Below are positions 19,194 through 28,896 of a DNA stretch of 64,000 nucleotides, piece by piece; the stretch's first letter is position 1, and every line of letters begins with the position of its first letter. The stretch spans positions 32,001 to 96,000 of the forward strand of contig JBHHVU010000004.1 in NCBI GenBank assembly GCA_046754465.1, written 5' to 3'. The notes under the pieces were generated by a model that had not been told where the DNA came from, made no database searches, and was given only the letters and a program-made list of their open reading frames with translations. A program made the translations under genes and the position numbers. The stretch comes from Nitrospinaceae bacterium. GTDB taxonomy: Bacteria; Nitrospinota; Nitrospinia; Nitrospinales; VA-1.

Positions 19194-20162
19194 ATGAAGC
19201 CCATGCGCATTTTGTATTTGACGGTGATTCTGCTTGGAGGAATGCCCGGTCTGGTTTCTGGATCGCCGCCGGCAACCTGGAAGAAGATGCCTCCGGCTCC
19301 CACGGCGCGTACCGAGGTGGCCGTGGCGGTATTGGAGGGAAAGATCTACGTCCTGGGAGGGTTTGCGCGGGGAGGAATCACCGACCGGGTGGAAGCCTTC
19401 GACACGGCTACCGGACGCTGGGAAGAGAGAAGTCCGCTACCCCGTCCGCTCCATCACACCACCGCTTCGGCCGTCAACGGCAAACTCTATGTCATCGGCG
19501 GGTTCTACTCGGGCCGATGGACCCCCACGCACACCACTTACGAATACGATCCGGTCAAAAACCGGTGGACGGAAAAAGCCCCGATGCCCACGCCAAGGGG
19601 AGCGTTGGCCGCGGGAGTGATCGATGGAAAGATTTATGCCGTGGGCGGGGCGCACCGGAAATTTTTCCGCATGGTCAATACCGATGCCAATGAAGTGTAC
19701 GATCCGCGAACCGGGCGATGGCGAAAACTCGCGCCCCTGCCCACCCCGAGGGACCATTTGACCATCTCCACTGTGGGCGGAAAGCTTTTCGCCATCGGCG
19801 GACGCGTCAACGTCGACTATAACATGAACCTGGACGCCAACGAATCCTACGATCCTTCAAGCGGAAGCTGGACCCGCCTCAAACCCCTTCCCACTCCAAG
19901 AAGCGGAATCACGTCCCAGGCGCTGAATGGCATCATTTATGTGTTTGGCGGAGAATCGGGAAACGGCACCTTCCGGGAAAACGAGGCGTACGATCCGGAA
20001 CGGGCCCATTGGAACACCATGCTCCCGATGCCGAAGGGACGGCACGGTTTGGGCAGCGCGGTGTGGAACGGTGGGATTCATCTTTTGACCGGCGGACCCA
20101 ACCCTGGCGGTGGAGGCAGCGACACGCACATTGTTTTCTATCCGGGACCTCCCGGCAATTAA
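19194..20162 (+). CDS. Secreted Kelch-repeat beta-propeller protein
   Basis: Signal peptide followed by six GKIYVxGG...YDP...W...PxPR repeats; GGAGG RBS. Confidence 0.9.
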   Translation: MKPMRILYLTVILLGGMPGLVSGSPPATWKKMPPAPTARTEVAVAVLEGKIYVLGGFARGGITDRVEAFDTATGRWEERSPLPRPLHHTTASAVNGKLYVIGGFYSGRWTPTHTTYEYDPVKNRWTEKAPMPTPRGALAAGVIDGKIYAVGGAHRKFFRMVNTDANEVYDPRTGRWRKLAPLPTPRDHLTISTVGGKLFAIGGRVNVDYNMNLDANESYDPSSGSWTRLKPLPTPRSGITSQALNGIIYVFGGESGNGTFRENEAYDPERAHWNTMLPMPKGRHGLGSAVWNGGIHLLTGGPNPGGGGSDTHIVFYPGPPGN

Positions 20163-20221
20163 GGGCCCCTGCTGTGTGGCCGGGGTTTGCCAACAAAAAA
20201 AGACTCGAAAAAAGGCACGCC

Positions 20222-20252
20222 ACGGATTGGGTCTTGATCCGACCCAATCCGT
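20222..20252. terminator. Perfect 12-bp hairpin between convergent genes (possible terminator)
   Basis: ACGGATTGGGTC-ttgatcc-GACCCAATCCGT; A-runs lie a few nt to the left but there is no immediately adjacent U-tract. Confidence 0.45.
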
Positions 20253-20430
20253 TGGAGGAGGCAGTGCCATTTCGAATCTTCACTCCATTAATGAGCAATC
20301 CCCGTGCCAAACGAATATTTCCAGGGAAAACCCTGAAAACCCGGTTTATTTATAATAGCTTGGAGAAGATGACCCTGGGAGGGGCGGCGTCAAAAAGCCC
20401 ATGGCAAGGATGCAAATATTGCCGGGTGCG

Positions 20431-21234
20431 TCAAAATTTTCCGATTTCGTTGGGTGACTTTACTCTCAAGAATGCGGCAAGAAAATCGGTGAGGGACCGG
20501 GTAGCTAATTGGGCGTGGTCCTTCAAATTTTTCAGGGACTTCAGGGAGGCTGGGTGGGTGAGGACGTACCACCCGGCTTTCAACCTGGAGATTTCACCAT
20601 CCTTCTCCAAAAATGAGGAAACGTCAAAAAGTTCCTGGCTGGCGGTGTCGGTGATGGACCGGATAGACAGGAAGGGCAGGTTTTTTTCCCGGGCCACCCG
20701 CGCCAGGGCAGCGGTCTCCATGTCGATCGCCAGAACGGAATACTGTATCCCGATCTCATGCTTCAATTTAGGATCGTGGACCACCTCCTCCACGGTGATC
20801 AATCCGCCGCTAAAGATGGAAGCCGGGAGGGAAGGGATCTCACGCGGGGCCTGCCGGAGAAGGTGTGGGTCGATGGGAATCTCCAGGGGCGGCGGGTTGC
20901 CGCTTTTGCCGTCATCCGCCGAGGGTAATTCCAGAACCTTGTCGGCCACCAGAAGGTCGCCCACCCGCAAACGGGGATCGGCTCCCCCGGCGTAGCCGAT
21001 GGACACGATCATCGCAGGCCGGAATTTTCCCTGCACCTGGGACAAGGCATCCCTGGCGCGGATTTTCCCGATCCCCGTCCGGACCAGGACGATCGGCCTC
21101 CCCTCCCAGGAGCCGGACCAGACATCGGCCTTGCCGAGCTTTGTCTGCTGGTGAACGGTCATTTGCCGCCGGATGCCGGATATCTCTTCCCGGACCGCGC
21201 CCAGGATACAAATGGCGGGTTCCATCTGATCCAA
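20431..21234 (-). CDS. Nucleoside phosphorylase / MTA-SAH nucleosidase family (PNP_UDP_1; HpnG-like)
   Basis: ILGAVREE, RTGIGK, SIGYAGG, AIDMETAA and SIRSITD motifs. Confidence 0.82.
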   Translation of the reverse strand: MDQMEPAICILGAVREEISGIRRQMTVHQQTKLGKADVWSGSWEGRPIVLVRTGIGKIRARDALSQVQGKFRPAMIVSIGYAGGADPRLRVGDLLVADKVLELPSADDGKSGNPPPLEIPIDPHLLRQAPREIPSLPASIFSGGLITVEEVVHDPKLKHEIGIQYSVLAIDMETAALARVAREKNLPFLSIRSITDTASQELFDVSSFLEKDGEISRLKAGWYVLTHPASLKSLKNLKDHAQLATRSLTDFLAAFLRVKSPNEIGKF

Positions 21235-21453
21235 TCCCCCGTGGGTGGTATGAGGTTTAATCTGATTTAAAGCGTCTTCCTGTAATTTTCGGCCTAAAGA
21301 ATATCAGAGTTTGGCCGGAAAATCCTCCTGCTCTCGAAACGGAAATCGCATGCATGTGGGGTTTCCGGGAAGACGAATATTTTCCTTTCTTTCCTATTGC
21401 CTTGGGGTTGTGTTAAATTCTCAGGCTTCGATCATTGTTTCGGATCCAGTTTC

Positions 21454-22827
21454 ATGGCCAAAATTAAATACGAAATTCCCGTGAAAATCGGGGACCGCCT
21501 GGAGCTTACGGTGGAATCCCAGGCATCGAGCGGCGACGGGGTCACCCATCACGGGGGATATACCCTTTTTGTTCCCTCCGGATTGGCCGGCGATGTGGTG
21601 GTGGGCGAGGTCACGCGTGTCACGCCGCGGTTTGGCGTGGTCCGGGTGGTGGAGCCGCTTCGCCTTTCTCCCGACCGGGCCGCAGCCCCTTGTCCGGTGT
21701 TTCCCGATTGCGGCGGATGCAAGTTCCAGAACCTTCTATATGAGAAGCAGATGGAGTTCAAGGTCCGGGTGGTGCAGGACAGCCTGCGTCATATCGGCAA
21801 AATCGATCCTCCGGAAAATATGAAATCCGTGCCGGCGGAAAATCCCTACGGGTACCGCAACAAGGGAAGTTTTGCCGTGGGGGGAGGGACCGGAAATCCC
21901 ACCTTGGGATTTTTCAGGCAGGGCACGCACGAGGTGGTCGATTCGCGAACCTGTGGGATTCTTCTGGACCCGATCAACGAGGTGAAGGAAGAGGTGCGAC
22001 GCCTCCTTGTGAAGCATCGTGTTTCCATTTACGACGAGACCCAGCATAAGGGATTTTTCCGCGGCCTGGTGGTGCGCCACTCCGAGAGTATGGGAGAAAC
22101 CTTGATCGGGCTGGTCACCACCCGTGGCCCTTTTCCTACCCGGTTCCTCGAAGAGATCCGGGACCCGGAATTTCATGAACGGTTTCATGTGACAGGGATC
22201 GTCCAGAACCTGAACCTGCAGGATACGAATATTATCCTGGGTGAAAAAAACCGGGTCCTGTGGGGAGAGAACCGCTTGATCGAGAAAATCGGCGGCCTTC
22301 GGTTCCAGCTATCCCTGGGTTCTTTTTTCCAGGTCAACTCGCGGCAGGCCTTGGTCCTGTACCGGATTATTCAAGGCTGGGCCGGGAAGGGCAGAGGGAT
22401 AATTCTGGATGCCTACAGCGGATCCGGGGGAATCGCTCTCTGGCTGGCGAAGGCGGGATGGCGGGTGTTGGGGATCGAGGAATTTTCTCCGGCGGTTCGG
22501 GATGCCCGGGAAAGCGCCCGGTTGAACGGCATCGAATCCTGTGAATTTTTTGAAGGGACGGTGGAACAGCATCTCCCCCAGTTGGCCGGAACGGGCGAAA
22601 TCGCGGCCATGGTTCTCGATCCGCCCCGGAAAGGGTGTTCGGAAAAAGTCCTCGGCTCCGTTCTGGAAATCGCTCCCGGAAAAATCATCTACGTGTCGTG
22701 CAATCCCGCCACCCTGGCGCGGGACCTGGGCCGGCTGCATCCCTACTGGATTGAGGACCTGCATGTGATCGACATGTTTCCACAGACCCAGCATGTGGAG
22801 ACGGCGGTCTTGCTGAGCCGGGAATAG
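21454..22827 (+). CDS. rlmD: 23S rRNA m5U1939 methyltransferase
   Basis: N-terminal TRAM domain, CPVFPDCGGC [4Fe-4S] motif, SFFQVN, DAYSGSG, LDPPRKG, YVSCNPATLARD, DMFPQTQHVE; ATG at 21454. Confidence 0.92.
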   Translation: MAKIKYEIPVKIGDRLELTVESQASSGDGVTHHGGYTLFVPSGLAGDVVVGEVTRVTPRFGVVRVVEPLRLSPDRAAAPCPVFPDCGGCKFQNLLYEKQMEFKVRVVQDSLRHIGKIDPPENMKSVPAENPYGYRNKGSFAVGGGTGNPTLGFFRQGTHEVVDSRTCGILLDPINEVKEEVRRLLVKHRVSIYDETQHKGFFRGLVVRHSESMGETLIGLVTTRGPFPTRFLEEIRDPEFHERFHVTGIVQNLNLQDTNIILGEKNRVLWGENRLIEKIGGLRFQLSLGSFFQVNSRQALVLYRIIQGWAGKGRGIILDAYSGSGGIALWLAKAGWRVLGIEEFSPAVRDARESARLNGIESCEFFEGTVEQHLPQLAGTGEIAAMVLDPPRKGCSEKVLGSVLEIAPGKIIYVSCNPATLARDLGRLHPYWIEDLHVIDMFPQTQHVETAVLLSRE

Positions 22828-22890
22828 GAACCGGTTCGGTTCCGGGGACCGATTCCGTTCCGGGGGCCGCCCCGGTTATCGGAATGCGCG

Positions 22891-24291
22891 TTAAAATCGG
22901 GCGTGCTTGGGGGTGCGGGGAAAAGGGATCACGTCGCGGATGTTGTCCATCCCGGTGGTAAACTGGACCAGCCGTTCGAATCCCAGCCCGAATCCGGAGT
23001 GGGGAGCGGACCCGAACCGCCGGAGGTCCGTGTACCACCAATAATCCTTTGAGTCGATCCCCTTTTCAGCCATTCGTTTTTGCAGGATTTCGTAGTTGTC
23101 CTCGCGCTGGCTGCCGCCGATGATTTCCCCCAGTTTGGGCAAAAGGACATCCATGGCCCGGACGGTCTCATTATCTTCGTTCAATTTCATGTAGAACGGC
23201 TTGATCTCTTCCGGGTAATTGTAAACGATGACGGGTTTTTTGAAGACCTTCTCGCTCAGGAAACGCTCGTGTTCCGACTGCAGGGTGCAGCCCCATTCCA
23301 CGGAGTACACGAAGGTTTCGGAGGATTTTTCCAGGATGTGAATGGCATCCCTGTAATGAAGGCGTTCGAACCGGTGTTCGACGATTTGACGGAGATTTTC
23401 GAGGATCGACGAGTCGATCCGTTTGTTGAAAAACTCCATATCCTCGGTGCAGTTTTCCAGGACATCCCGGAACAGGGTTTTGATGAATTCCTCGGCGAGG
23501 TCCATGTCGTCATCCAGATCGTAGAAGGCCATTTCCGGTTCGACCATCCAGAACTCGGCGAGGTGGCGTTTGGTGTTCGAGTTTTCCGCCCGGAAGGTGG
23601 GACCGAAGGTGTAAATATCCGAGAGGGCCAGCGCGTAGATTTCTCCCTCCAACTGTCCGCTGACGGTCAGGCTGGTTTTTTCTCCAAAAAAATCCTGGCT
23701 GTAGTCGATCTTCCCATCCACCCGGGGCGGTTGGGAAAGATTCAGAGTGGTGACCTGGAACATTTCCCCCGCGCCCTCGCAATCGCTGGTGGTGATGATG
23801 GGGGTGTTGAGGTATAGGAAACCCCGGTCGTTGAAAAATTTGTGGATGGAATAAGCGAGCCGGTTGCGGACGCGCATAACCGCGCCCATCGTGTTGGTCC
23901 GCGGACGCAAGTGGGCGATTTCACGCAGGAATTCGAACGAGTGACGTTTCTTTTGCAACGGATAACTTTCCGGTTCCGCCACCCCATAGACCCGGATTTC
24001 GCCCGCACAGACTTCCATGGACTGTCCCTTGCCCTGGGACCGGACCAAGTCCCCCGTCACCGCCACGCAGGTTCCGGTGGTCAACTGGTGGGTGCAGGCT
24101 TGAAAACTCTCCAGGGTATGGTCCGCCACCACCTGAATGCTGCTGAGGCAGGAGCCGTCGTTGATTTCGATGAAGGAGAAGCCTCCCTTGGAATCCCTGC
24201 GGGTGCGGATCCATCCCTTGATGATGACGTTTGACCGCTCTTCCTCACTTTGTAAAAGGTCTTTCACCCGGTCGCGAATTTTTTTTTGCAT
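22891..24291 (-). CDS. asnS: Asparagine--tRNA ligase
   Basis: GWIRTRR, HLRPRTN, SDCEGAGEMF, LTVSGQL, FRAENSNTKRHLAEFWMVEPE, GFGLGFER. Confidence 0.97.
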   Translation of the reverse strand: MQKKIRDRVKDLLQSEEERSNVIIKGWIRTRRDSKGGFSFIEINDGSCLSSIQVVADHTLESFQACTHQLTTGTCVAVTGDLVRSQGKGQSMEVCAGEIRVYGVAEPESYPLQKKRHSFEFLREIAHLRPRTNTMGAVMRVRNRLAYSIHKFFNDRGFLYLNTPIITTSDCEGAGEMFQVTTLNLSQPPRVDGKIDYSQDFFGEKTSLTVSGQLEGEIYALALSDIYTFGPTFRAENSNTKRHLAEFWMVEPEMAFYDLDDDMDLAEEFIKTLFRDVLENCTEDMEFFNKRIDSSILENLRQIVEHRFERLHYRDAIHILEKSSETFVYSVEWGCTLQSEHERFLSEKVFKKPVIVYNYPEEIKPFYMKLNEDNETVRAMDVLLPKLGEIIGGSQREDNYEILQKRMAEKGIDSKDYWWYTDLRRFGSAPHSGFGLGFERLVQFTTGMDNIRDVIPFPRTPKHARF

Positions 24292-24386
24292 GGTATTTTT
24301 CGTTTCGAAAGGCCCGGCGGCAACTTATTCCCCCTGGTTCGTGTCCGGAACTCCTACGCCGCGCCGGGGGAAGGAGTTCCCATCGA

Positions 24387-24415
24387 TTGACAAGAAAGGG
24401 GAATTGAGATACTTT
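24387..24415 (+). promoter_or_regulatory. Putative sigma70 promoter for yggT-divIVA-yggU-mtnA
   Basis: TTGACA (24387-24392), 17 bp, TACTTT (24410-24415); weak -10. Confidence 0.4.
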
Positions 24416-24498
24416 AATCTTGTTGAAAATTAAAGATTTTGCCTGATCTGCCTCGTTCGGAGAAATTCTTTTCCACTAAAGGACTTATTAATCCGCCT

Positions 24499-24798
24499 AT
24501 GTATATTTTAGGAAACTTTCTGGAAGCCACGGCCAAAATACTGGATATCGCGCTCAGTCTTTATATGTGGATCATCATTATTCGGGCGCTATTGTCCTGG
24601 GTCAACCCGGATCCATATAATCCCATCGTCCAGTTTCTATACAGTATCACAGAACCGGTCATGGTTCGAGTCCGGCAATTGCTGCCCATGTCGGGAATGG
24701 GTATCGATTTTACCCCTATTATAGTGATTCTCGCCATTATTTTCCTCCAGGAATTTCTGGTAAAATCCCTTGGAATGTTTGCCATTCAACTGCAATAA
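24499..24798 (+). CDS. yggT: YggT family membrane protein
   Basis: YMWIIIIRALLSWVNPDPYNPIVQFLYSITEP...IDFTPII; ATG at 24499. Confidence 0.92.
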   Translation: MYILGNFLEATAKILDIALSLYMWIIIIRALLSWVNPDPYNPIVQFLYSITEPVMVRVRQLLPMSGMGIDFTPIIVILAIIFLQEFLVKSLGMFAIQLQ

Positions 24799-24805
24799 TG
24801 AGTCC

Positions 24806-25231
24806 ATGCGATTAAATTATCTCGACATTCTGGAACAATGTTTCCGCGAAAAGTTTCGGGGGTACAGCAAACAGGAAGTCGATACTTTTTTGCAACTGGT
24901 GGCGGACGATTTCAAGGATATGGCGGAAGAGATCCAGCAACTGAAAAAGGAGATCGAAGGCAAGGACACGCTCCTCCAGGATCTCAAGGCCAGGCTCAAG
25001 GAAAACCCGAATGGCGGAGGTCCTTCCCAGATCACTCCAGAAATACTGAAGGAAAAGGCCAAGCGGATCATCCTTCTGGCACGGGAACAGGCGGAACAGC
25101 AGAAAAAGAGGGCCGACAGCGAACTGACGTTGCTGAAAAAGGAAATACAACGGCTGAGACAGGAAAAAACCAACCTGATTCAAACCCTGAAAGACACCGC
25201 CCGGCAACAACTGGATCGGCTCAAAAAATAA
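24806..25231 (+). CDS. divIVA: DivIVA domain protein
   Basis: LDILEQCFREKFRGYSKQEVDTFL DivIVA signature plus coiled coil; lies between yggT and yggU. Confidence 0.87.
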   Translation: MRLNYLDILEQCFREKFRGYSKQEVDTFLQLVADDFKDMAEEIQQLKKEIEGKDTLLQDLKARLKENPNGGGPSQITPEILKEKAKRIILLAREQAEQQKKRADSELTLLKKEIQRLRQEKTNLIQTLKDTARQQLDRLKK

Positions 25232-25253
25232 AGTCACCGTTCCCGGATTCACC

Positions 25254-25562
25254 ATGCCATTGAAAATCACCAGATGCAAGGAAGGGATCCAGTTCGCCGC
25301 CACCTTGCAGCCCCGCGCCTCCAGGAATGAGATTACAGGTTTGCACAACGACTCCTTGAAGATTCGCCTGACCTCCCCGCCGGTGGACGGGGCGGCGAAC
25401 CGCACTTGCGTCAAGTTTCTTGCCAAGGAATTGGGAATCCGGCCTTCCTCGATCCGGATCGTGAGCGGTCTCACCAGCCGAAGGAAGACCATCCGGATCG
25501 AGGATATGGACGAAGCCGGGTTCCTGAAAAAACTGTCTCCGCTCATCCCGGAAGCCCACTGA
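25254..25562 (+). CDS. yggU: DUF167 (YggU) protein
   Basis: QPRASRNEI, LKIRLTSPPVDGAAN, GLTSRRK. Confidence 0.9.
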   Translation: MPLKITRCKEGIQFAATLQPRASRNEITGLHNDSLKIRLTSPPVDGAANRTCVKFLAKELGIRPSSIRIVSGLTSRRKTIRIEDMDEAGFLKKLSPLIPEAH

Positions 25563-25580
25563 AAATATATTGAAGGAACG

Positions 25581-26618
25581 ATGATCAAAACCGTGGAATA
25601 CATCGATGGCGCCGCGCGCATGATTGACCAGACCCGGCTGCCGCGGGAAAAAGTATTTGTCGACTGCCGCACCGTCGAGGAGGTGGGACAGGCCATTCGA
25701 TCCATGGTCATCCGCGGGGCGCCGGCGATCGGGGTGGCAGCGGCGATCGGGGTCAGTCTGGCGGCCGAGGCAATTCAGGCGGAGGACTTCGAATCCTTTT
25801 ATGCCCGGTTGGAGGAAAAATGCGGGGGGCTGATCCTCGCCCGCCCCACGGCGGTCAACCTGGCCTGGAGCGTGGAAAGGATGAAACGCGTTGCCCGGGA
25901 ATTCCGTCACCTGACGGTTCCCGAACTAAAAAAGCAATTGAAACGAGAAGCCCTGGCCATCCTTGAGGAAGATATTTCGGCGAATCAATCCATCGGCAAG
26001 TTCGGGCAAACCCTGATCGAGGATGGCAGCCGGGTTCTCACCCATTGCAACGCCGGGGCGCTGGCGACGGCGGGGTATGGAACCGCTCTTGGGGTCATCC
26101 GGGCCGCGGTGGAATCGGGCAAGCAGGTCCAGGTTCTTGCCAATGAGACCCGTCCTTTCCTGCAAGGCGCGCGTCTTACGGTCTGGGAACTGATGGAGGA
26201 CCATATTCCGGTGAAACTGATCACCGACAGCATGTGCGGCCATTTCATGCAAAAAAAACAGGTCAACGTGGTGGTGGTGGGGGCGGACCGGATCGCGGCC
26301 AACGGCGATGTGGCCAATAAAATCGGCACCTACATGGTGGCGGTTCTGGCCCGGAAACACGGAATCCCTTTTTATGTAGCAGCGCCCATTTCCACGTTGG
26401 ACCTTTCTCTCGCCTCCGGCGATCAGATTCCCATCGAAGAGCGGTCTCCCGATGAAGTGTGGCACATCAACAACCAGCCCATTGCCCCGGAGGGAACGGA
26501 AGCGGCTCATCCTGCTTTCGATGTTACCCCCAACGACCTGGTTTCCGCGATCATCACGGAAAAGGGCATCGCCCGGGCGCCGTATCCCGAATCCCTGAAA
26601 CAATTGGCGGACCGTTAA
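25581..26618 (+). CDS. mtnA: S-methyl-5-thioribose-1-phosphate isomerase
   Basis: [67 protein letters not shown]. Confidence 0.95.
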   Translation: MIKTVEYIDGAARMIDQTRLPREKVFVDCRTVEEVGQAIRSMVIRGAPAIGVAAAIGVSLAAEAIQAEDFESFYARLEEKCGGLILARPTAVNLAWSVERMKRVAREFRHLTVPELKKQLKREALAILEEDISANQSIGKFGQTLIEDGSRVLTHCNAGALATAGYGTALGVIRAAVESGKQVQVLANETRPFLQGARLTVWELMEDHIPVKLITDSMCGHFMQKKQVNVVVVGADRIAANGDVANKIGTYMVAVLARKHGIPFYVAAPISTLDLSLASGDQIPIEERSPDEVWHINNQPIAPEGTEAAHPAFDVTPNDLVSAIITEKGIARAPYPESLKQLADR

Positions 26619-26710
26619 ATGAGGACGGGTTTTCAGAGGTATCCAGGGAACCCCGGCACGAGAAAGACGCCGGGTGCATTCCATGGGCGGCGGGAAAGGT
26701 TCTTACGCCC

Positions 26711-27718
26711 ATGATGAAAGCGATGATTCTCGCCGCCGGATTCGGCACCCGTCTGCGGCCTTTGACACAAGCTCTTCCCAAGCCGATGTTTCCCGTGATG
26801 AATCGGCCGCTTCTCGAACACACCCTCGGCCTGCTCCGCGCCAACGGCATCCGGGATATCACCGTCAACGTCCACCATTTGCCCGAAAAAATCATCCGGC
26901 ATTTCGGGGATGGAGCGGAGTTCGGGGTCGATCTGCATTTTTCCCGGGAGAAGGAGATCCTTGGCACCGCCGGGGGAATCAAGGCCGCCCAGAGGTTTCT
27001 CGACGGGGGCTCCTTTTTGGTCATCAACAGCGACGTTCTGGTGGAGATTGACCTGCACCGGGTGCTGGCCTATCACAAGGCCAAGGGTTCCTGTCTGACG
27101 CTGGTGGTCCGGAAAGACGCCTCTCCCGAACAATTTGATCCGATAGAAATATGCCCCGATGGGCGTATCGTGCATTTCGTGGGGGCTTCATCCATGGATC
27201 TGCCCAACCACACCACCCGGGTCATGTTCACGGGAATCCAGATCATGGAACCTGAAATTTTTTCCCGCATTCCCTCCGGCTCCTTTTGCGGGACGGCGGA
27301 AGACATCTTTCCTGAAATGATCCGTGATGGGCTGCCTGTTTTCGGCTATCTGCATGAGAAGTATTGGATCGATTTGGGAAACCGGCGGAGTTATTTGCAG
27401 GCTCACAAGGATGCCCTGAACGGGAAATTGAATTTGAAGGGGACGAATCATCGAGGCGGGGAGGAAGATTCCTTCATCGTGCCACCGGCGGTCCTGGGAC
27501 GGGATTGCCAAATCGCGTCCGGCGCGAGAATCGGTCCATATGCCGTTTTGGGCGATGGTTGCCGGGTCAAGGAGGGCGCTGTGATTGAAAATTCCGTGGC
27601 CTGGAACGGGGTGACCCTGGGCGCCGGTGCCCGCGTGGAAGACTCGATCCTGGGGGAAGGGGTGGTGATACCCGGGGGGAGCCAGGTCAGGGAGCAATCG
27701 CTTGCTGACACAGCGTAG
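26711..27718 (+). CDS. NDP-sugar pyrophosphorylase (mannose-1-phosphate guanylyltransferase-like) with C-terminal LbH
   Basis: KAMILAAGFGTRLRPLT..LPKP, LGTAGG, INSD, WIDLG, hexapeptide C-terminus. ATG 26711; the ORF-track extension overlaps mtnA. Confidence 0.88.
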   Translation: MMKAMILAAGFGTRLRPLTQALPKPMFPVMNRPLLEHTLGLLRANGIRDITVNVHHLPEKIIRHFGDGAEFGVDLHFSREKEILGTAGGIKAAQRFLDGGSFLVINSDVLVEIDLHRVLAYHKAKGSCLTLVVRKDASPEQFDPIEICPDGRIVHFVGASSMDLPNHTTRVMFTGIQIMEPEIFSRIPSGSFCGTAEDIFPEMIRDGLPVFGYLHEKYWIDLGNRRSYLQAHKDALNGKLNLKGTNHRGGEEDSFIVPPAVLGRDCQIASGARIGPYAVLGDGCRVKEGAVIENSVAWNGVTLGAGARVEDSILGEGVVIPGGSQVREQSLADTA

Positions 27719-28886
27719 ACGGGAAAGCCGGGGAATTTAGCCTGGAGGGGAGGGGCTCTTCCTCAAGGGGTTGTTTCCCGGGCAGCGTGATGGTGAAGGT
27801 GGACCCTTCATTGACGGCGCTTACAACCTTTATCGTGCCTCCGTGCCGTTCCACGATTCTCTGGCATATGGCCAACCCCATACCCGTTCCCTCATACTCG
27901 CTTCGCCCATTCAATCGTTCAAAGGGTTTTAAGATCCTTTCAGCATATTGGTTGTCAAATCCGATCCCGTTATCCTTGATTTCAATTTCCCACATGTCCC
28001 TTCCCACCGGCCGGCCTTGGAGATCGATCACGGGAGGGGCCCCCTTCCTGTGGAATTTGAGCGCATTTCCAAGGAAATTCTGGAATAACTGACGCATTTG
28101 AAACGGGTCTGCATCCAGAGTGGGGAGACTTTTCATATGCACCATACCCTGGGTCTGGGTCAGGCGGGTTTCCAGATCGGCCAACACCTCTTCTTTGATG
28201 ACCTTTTCGAGATTGACCGGTTCAAAAACCCTTTCACCGGAGGTTATCCGGGAAAAATCCAGAAGATCGTTGATGAAGTTCTGCATTCTTTCGGCGGATC
28301 TTTGCATCCGGGCCAGAAAGTCGTATCCTTTTTCGTCATTCCCGGAAATCCGGTCTTTCAAACGGGAACCGAATACGAGTATTTTACGCAGGGGCTCCTG
28401 CAGGTCGTGCGAGGCGATGGTGGCGAAATCATTGAGCGCCTGGTTACTGCGTTTCAACTCCTCGGTGTAACGTTTGAGCACCTTTTCGGACCGAATGTAA
28501 TAATTCATGTAGGCGTATAATTTCAGATGGGTCTGAACCCGGGCCAGCACCTCCTCCTTGTGGAACGGTTTGGTAATATAATCGTTTCCCCCCACCCGGA
28601 ATCCTTGGACAATATCCTCCAGCGCGCTTTTGGCAGAGAGGAATATAATGGGAATGTTCTGGGTGTCCGGATTTTCCTTTAATTTTTTGCAGGTTTCGAA
28701 TCCGTCCATTTCCGGCATCATGATATCCAGAAGAATCAGGTCGGGTAAAAAGCGCGGGGCGATTTTAATCGCAACCTCTCCACTCCTGGCGATGGAGAGT
28801 TCATAACCCTCTTGTTGAAACGTCTTTCTTAATAAGTCAAGATTGGCGGGAGTGTCGTCCACGATCAGGATCTTTTTTCCAGCCAT
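27687..28886 (-). CDS. Hybrid REC + histidine kinase (phytochrome-type HisKA)
   Basis: ILIVDD, LLDIMMPEMDG, YITKP; ASHDLQEPLRKI, NFLGNALKF, DNGIG, GTGMGL. Start at MAGKK. Confidence 0.92.
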   Translation of the reverse strand: MAGKKILIVDDTPANLDLLRKTFQQEGYELSIARSGEVAIKIAPRFLPDLILLDIMMPEMDGFETCKKLKENPDTQNIPIIFLSAKSALEDIVQGFRVGGNDYITKPFHKEEVLARVQTHLKLYAYMNYYIRSEKVLKRYTEELKRSNQALNDFATIASHDLQEPLRKILVFGSRLKDRISGNDEKGYDFLARMQRSAERMQNFINDLLDFSRITSGERVFEPVNLEKVIKEEVLADLETRLTQTQGMVHMKSLPTLDADPFQMRQLFQNFLGNALKFHRKGAPPVIDLQGRPVGRDMWEIEIKDNGIGFDNQYAERILKPFERLNGRSEYEGTGMGLAICQRIVERHGGTIKVVSAVNEGSTFTITLPGKQPLEEEPLPSRLNSPAFPSTLCQQAIAP

Positions 28887-28896
28887 GCTGCTATTG

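Noticed and set aside
24292..24498. Possible T-box leader upstream of asnS (also checked upstream of lysS and pheT)
   Set aside because: No T-box bulge consensus or terminator/antiterminator pair found.
24660..24680. GGTTCGAGTCC T-loop-like word (also GTTCGAATCCC near 22974)
   Set aside because: Inside the yggT and asnS coding sequences with no cloverleaf; no tRNA called.
27687..27718. 32-nt convergent overlap between the NDP-sugar synthase and the REC-kinase
   Set aside because: Short tail-to-tail overlaps of non-conserved C-termini are common.
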